A DNA stretch of 64,000 nucleotides from Salinispira sp. Its GTDB lineage: Bacteria > Spirochaetota > Spirochaetia > DSM-27196 > Salinispiraceae. Below, one piece after another: positions 59,802 through 64,000 of the stretch (its first letter is position 1; the number at the start of each line of letters is the position of its first letter). The translations under genes and the position numbers were made by a program. The DNA lies in NCBI GenBank assembly GCA_965602015.1, contig OZ271918.1, positions 640,001 to 704,000 of the forward strand, in the 5' to 3' direction. Under the pieces are notes generated by a model. That model was given only the letters and a program-made list of their open reading frames with translations, ran no database searches and had not been told where the DNA came from.

Positions 59802-59971
59802 CATTGGAATAGCTTAAATTTGTGCTACTTCCCGGCAGACAAATTTACCCACCCTTAAAAACTTCCGCATATATCATAATTTTTTCGTCATGACGTAAAA
59901 AAAAACCAGGGGTAGTCTGTTGTCACTGAGGCGGTATGCCTCGAAAGACAACTATTTAGGAGGGCGTCTTT

Positions 59972-60988
59972 ATGAAAAAGAGTCTTGCAATAGCTCTGAC
60001 GCTTGTATTTATTTTCGGAACCCTGGTTAGTGCATTCGCAGCCGGTGGCGCTGAAGCCGATGAACTGGTAATTGGTCTTTCCCTGCCCACACAGCGGGAA
60101 GCCCGTTGGGTCAATGACAAGATCACCATGGAAAACTATGCGGAAGAGCTGGGAGTTACCCTGCTTGTTCAGGTTGCCGATGCCGACCAGGCACAGCAGA
60201 CTGCTCAGGTTGAAACCCTGCTTACCCGCGGAATCGACGTTCTGATTCTCGCTCCCCACGATGCATCCGCATCCGCAGCACTCGTTAGCGCAGCTGAAGA
60301 AGAAGGCGTACCGGTAATTTCCTACGACCGTCTTATCACCAACAGCGGCGATGTCGATCTGTACATCTCCTTCGACAACGTAGGCGTTGGCCGCCTCCAG
60401 GGCGAGTACTTTGTTGAAAATACTCCTCCGGGCAACATCATCATCATGAGCGGTGCTCCCACCGACAACAACGCTACCCTCTTCAAGCAGGGCGCCATGG
60501 AGTTCATTCAGCCCAGAATCGACGACGGTACCTACACTGTAGTTGCCGAGCAGGGCGTAGACAACTGGCTTCCCACCAATGCGCTGAGCATTGTTGAGAA
60601 CGCTCTTACTGCTGCGAACAACGATGTAGTCGGTATCCTCGCTCCCAATGACGGCACCGCCGGCGGCGCAATCGTCGCTCTCGAAGCCCAGGGTCTTGCA
60701 GGAAACGTCACCGTAACTGGTCAGGACTCGGAAGCCGCAGCGGCTCGTCGGATCCTCGCCGGTACCCAGAGCATGACCGTATTCAAAGATACCCGTGACC
60801 TCGGTCGCGCGGCCATCGATGCAGCCATTGTTTTTGCTCGCGGCGAAATGCCCGAGACCAACGGCGCGGTTGCTAACGGCGTATTCGACGTACCTTCCGT
60901 TCTCCTGGTTCCCTATGTCGTAACCGCCGACAACCTGGAAGAACTGCTCATCGGCAGCGGTTACCTGAGCCCCGAAGATATCGAGTAA
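59972..60988 (+). CDS. Sugar ABC transporter substrate-binding protein (XylF/ChvE-like)
   Basis: Signal peptide; EARW, ISYDRLI, SFDN, PTDNNA, APNDGTA and TGQD; AGGAGG RBS. Confidence 0.92.
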   Translation: MKKSLAIALTLVFIFGTLVSAFAAGGAEADELVIGLSLPTQREARWVNDKITMENYAEELGVTLLVQVADADQAQQTAQVETLLTRGIDVLILAPHDASASAALVSAAEEEGVPVISYDRLITNSGDVDLYISFDNVGVGRLQGEYFVENTPPGNIIIMSGAPTDNNATLFKQGAMEFIQPRIDDGTYTVVAEQGVDNWLPTNALSIVENALTAANNDVVGILAPNDGTAGGAIVALEAQGLAGNVTVTGQDSEAAAARRILAGTQSMTVFKDTRDLGRAAIDAAIVFARGEMPETNGAVANGVFDVPSVLLVPYVVTADNLEELLIGSGYLSPEDIE

Positions 60989-61012
60989 TCGGTAATAATC
61001 GGATCGCACACT

Positions 61013-61045
61013 GCGAACCGGGCTGTTATAGCCCGGTTCGCTTTT
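61013..61045 (+). terminator. Stem-loop after the binding-protein gene (partial terminator or mRNA stabiliser)
   Basis: GCGAACCGGGCT-GTTAT-AGCCCGGTTCGC followed by TTTT. Confidence 0.75.
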
Positions 61046-61118
61046 ACACAGGTATCGATCGGGGCTTAACCGTCCGGCTGATCGGTAATCAACCATCAAT
61101 TCAAAACCTGGAATAACC

Positions 61119-62645
61119 ATGAGTGAATACATTTTAGAAATGCAGAACATCACCAAGGAGTTTCCCGGCGTCAGGGCACTTGACGACGTCAACCTCCGGG
61201 TAAAGCGCGGAGAAATCCACGCGCTGGTCGGTGAAAACGGGGCTGGAAAATCCACCTTGATGAAGGTTCTGTCCGGGGTGTATCCCACCGGCACATATCA
61301 GGGTCAGATTCTGATCGAGGGTCAGCCGCAGTCCTTCGCCGGCATCAAAGAGAGCGAGGCCTCCGGCGTCGCGGTGATCTATCAGGAACTCGCCCTGGTG
61401 AAGTACATGAATGTGGCGGAGAATATTTTCCTGGGTAATGAGCTCAAAGACAGCCGGGGCGTCATCGACTGGCACAAGACCTACGCCCGGGCACGGGATC
61501 TTCTCAACGAAGTGCATCTGGATATTGCTCCGGAAACAAAGATCATCAATCTGGGCATCGGTTCTCAGCAGCTGACGGAAATCGCCAAGGCGCTGAGCAA
61601 AGACACCAAAATACTGGTGCTCGACGAACCCACCGCCGCTCTGAACGAGAGCGAATCGGCAAACCTGCTGTCCATCATACGGAAACTCAAGGAACAGGGC
61701 GTAACCTGTATCTACATTTCCCACAAACTCGAAGAGGTCTTGGAAATTGCCGACTCGATTACCGTACTTCGGGACGGGCATACCATCGAGACCCGGGACG
61801 CCAAGGCGGAAAAAATCACCGAAGATCAGATCATCTCGATGATGGTCGGTCGGACCCTGACCCAGCGTTTTCCCCGGGTGGAGCACACCCCCAGCGAAAC
61901 CATAATGGAAGTAAAAAACTGGACCGTTCCCCACCCTGAGATTCCCGGAAAGAACGTCATCGACAACGTCTCCTTCGAGATTCGAAAAGGAGAAATTCTG
62001 GGTCTTGCGGGCCTGATGGGTGCCGGGCGTACCGAATTGGCCACCAGCCTGTTCGGAGCATTCGGATCGGACATCACCGGAGAAGTGCTCATAAACGGCG
62101 TCCGGGTTCACATCCATAATCCGGAAACCGCCATCCAGAACGGTCTGGGTTATGTAACCGAAGACCGGAAAAGCAAGGGCCTGGTTCAGGGAATGAACAT
62201 CATAGAGAACTCTACCCTGGCCAGTCATTATCGGCTCAGCAAGGGAAACATCATCAACAAGCTGGAGGAAATCCTCCTGACAACCAAGTACGTAAATCAG
62301 CTTCACGTCAAAACCACCGGTCTCGAACAGGTGGTGAAAAATCTCTCGGGGGGAAATCAGCAAAAGGTCATCCTGGGCAAGTGGCTGATGACCCAGCCGA
62401 CGGTTCTCATTCTCGACGAACCGACCCGTGGTATCGACGTAGGCGCAAAATTCGAAATCTACAATATTATGAACGAGCTGGTTCAGCAGGGCGTGGGAAT
62501 CGTAATGATCTCCTCCGAACTGCCTGAGGTTCTCGGAATGAGCGACCGCATCCTCGTCATGCACGAGGGACGCTTCACCGGCGAACTCAATTGGCAGGAA
62601 GCGGACCAGGAAAAAGTCATGCATCTCGCAACGGGAGGAAGATAG
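61119..62645 (+). CDS. Sugar ABC transporter ATP-binding protein (XylG/GguA-like)
   Basis: GENGAGKST, LDEPT, LSGGNQQK and DEPTRGIDVGAK; two ATPase domains. Confidence 0.95.
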   Translation: MSEYILEMQNITKEFPGVRALDDVNLRVKRGEIHALVGENGAGKSTLMKVLSGVYPTGTYQGQILIEGQPQSFAGIKESEASGVAVIYQELALVKYMNVAENIFLGNELKDSRGVIDWHKTYARARDLLNEVHLDIAPETKIINLGIGSQQLTEIAKALSKDTKILVLDEPTAALNESESANLLSIIRKLKEQGVTCIYISHKLEEVLEIADSITVLRDGHTIETRDAKAEKITEDQIISMMVGRTLTQRFPRVEHTPSETIMEVKNWTVPHPEIPGKNVIDNVSFEIRKGEILGLAGLMGAGRTELATSLFGAFGSDITGEVLINGVRVHIHNPETAIQNGLGYVTEDRKSKGLVQGMNIIENSTLASHYRLSKGNIINKLEEILLTTKYVNQLHVKTTGLEQVVKNLSGGNQQKVILGKWLMTQPTVLILDEPTRGIDVGAKFEIYNIMNELVQQGVGIVMISSELPEVLGMSDRILVMHEGRFTGELNWQEADQEKVMHLATGGR

Positions 62646-63844
62646 TGGACTCTTTAAAGAAAGAGCAGAGCCTGGGTGAGATCCTCAGGTTCCAGTTGAA
62701 AAATAACATCCGGCAGTACGCAATGTTTTTCGTGCTGATCGGTATTTGGCTCATCCTCTGGGTGGCCACCGGCGGAGTCTTCCTTTCGGGAAGAAACCTC
62801 ACGAACCTGCTTCTCCAGTCGAGCTTCATCGCCGTTTTGGCGGTGGGAATGGTGCTGGTAATCGTCGCAGGGCACATAGACCTTTCGGTCGGCTCTATAG
62901 CCGGTTTTATCGGGGCCGTGGCGGCGATACTCAACGTGTATCTTGAGTGGAACACCTTTATCGTTGTTCTCGTAGCCCTCGGCCTGGGTATAGTGATCGG
63001 TTTATGGCAGGGGTACTGGATAGCCTACCAGGGAATTCCGGCTTTCATCGTCACCCTTGCGGGAATGACTATTTTCCGCGGACTGCTGCTGGCCGTCGGC
63101 CGGGGCGAGACCATCGCGCCGGTCAGCGATTCCTTTGCGGCTCTGGGCGGCGGATACCTTCCCCGGCTCTTTGTTAATGTGGGCCAGCGGGACGGCTTTC
63201 ACGACCTCACCGCAATTCTGGTCGCCCTGATTATCGTTGCCTTCATCGTGATGCAGATCAGAACCCGCGCCAAGCGCGTCGAGTACGGATTTACGGTGCT
63301 TCCGGGCAATGTGGAGTTTCTAAAGATCCTCGGCGGCAGTTTGTTAATCGGAGTATTTTTTATTCCCTTGATGACCTATCGGGGCATACCGTACTCCATT
63401 CTTATTCTGATGACCCTGGTGCTGTTCTACAGCTTCCTGACCAACAATACGGTTTTCGGCCGGCATGTATATGCCATGGGCGGAAACAAGGAAGCCGCCC
63501 GCCTGTCGGGTATCAATATACAAAAAAAGACCCTGATGATCTTTGTCTCCATGGGTTTTCTCTCGGCGGTTTCCGGCCTGATTTTTACCGCGCGTTTGAA
63601 ATCCGCAACCGCAAGTGCCGGTAACCTGTTCGAACTCGACACCATTGCCGCCACCATAATCGGCGGAACTTCGACCCTCGGTGGCGAAGGCACGGTGTTC
63701 GGCGCCATCATCGGCGCTCTGCTCATGTCGTCGATCACCAACGGCATGCAGATTCTTGATGTACCCTCTGAGTGGCAGATGGTAGTACGCGGACTGGTTC
63801 TCCTCCTTGCAGTCTGGTACGACGTCTCCATGAGGAAAAAATAG
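62645..63844 (+). CDS. Sugar ABC transporter permease (XylH/GguB-like)
   Basis: HIDLSVGS, IPAFIVTLAG, GGNKEAARLSGI and ELDTIAA; GTG 62645 overlaps the upstream stop. Confidence 0.93.
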   Translation: MDSLKKEQSLGEILRFQLKNNIRQYAMFFVLIGIWLILWVATGGVFLSGRNLTNLLLQSSFIAVLAVGMVLVIVAGHIDLSVGSIAGFIGAVAAILNVYLEWNTFIVVLVALGLGIVIGLWQGYWIAYQGIPAFIVTLAGMTIFRGLLLAVGRGETIAPVSDSFAALGGGYLPRLFVNVGQRDGFHDLTAILVALIIVAFIVMQIRTRAKRVEYGFTVLPGNVEFLKILGGSLLIGVFFIPLMTYRGIPYSILILMTLVLFYSFLTNNTVFGRHVYAMGGNKEAARLSGINIQKKTLMIFVSMGFLSAVSGLIFTARLKSATASAGNLFELDTIAATIIGGTSTLGGEGTVFGAIIGALLMSSITNGMQILDVPSEWQMVVRGLVLLLAVWYDVSMRKK

Positions 63845-63884
63845 TAGTCCCGCAGAATACCCCCAATGTTCTGTATTACCCCCT

Positions 63885-63917
63885 CCACCCGGAGCGTTGC
63901 TCCGGGTGGTTTTTTTT
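63885..63917 (+). terminator. Rho-independent terminator of the sugar ABC operon
   Basis: CCACCCGGAGC-GTT-GCTCCGGGTGG followed by T8. Confidence 0.9.
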
Positions 63918-63969
63918 ATCGTAATGACCCGCTTCTGCGGAGCCTTCCCGAATCGACTATACTGTGCAT

Positions 63970-64000
63970 ATGAATCAAAAAACTATTCGATGGGGCATTC
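63970..64000 (+). CDS. 5' fragment of a probable Gfo/Idh/MocA oxidoreductase (runs off the window)
   Basis: MNQKTIRWGI resembles the typical family N-terminus; only 10 codons are visible. Confidence 0.4.
   Translation, partial: MNQKTIRWGI

Noticed and set aside
59888..62624. 468-aa and 496-aa - strand ORFs
   Set aside because: Antisense shadows of strongly codon-biased ABC transporter genes.

Overview
This 64 kb window is mostly core chromosome of a GC-rich bacterium, most likely a free-living spirochaete (inferred from the folP-cdaA-cdaR-acpS-DUF2225-truA-udg-priA gene order). It holds about 55 protein genes for central metabolism, translation, folate and c-di-AMP synthesis, signalling and a xylose-type sugar ABC system. 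No rRNA, tRNA or CRISPR array was seen. Four features stand out. (1) An IS110-family (IS1111-type) element at 4931-6235 is inserted at a CA core inside the terminal repeat of a different repeat family. Its downstream non-coding region carries visible target- and donor-matching segments in a bridge/seekRNA-like fold. (2) That repeat family (GCCCC(C/G)AAAACAGCTGAT) also flanks an IS1-like transposase gene and two equal-sized, internally divergent MITE-like units. (3) A candidate RiPP cluster, split by the IS110 element, consists of an ArsM-like methyltransferase, an unannotated 35-aa Cys peptide, a radical SAM/SPASM enzyme and a thioredoxin-thioredoxin reductase fusion. (4) Several small genes and sites are missing from the ORF track: a ferredoxin, a bS22-like protein and a leuA leader-peptide attenuator. 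All calls come from reading motifs by eye; no database search or folding program was run.
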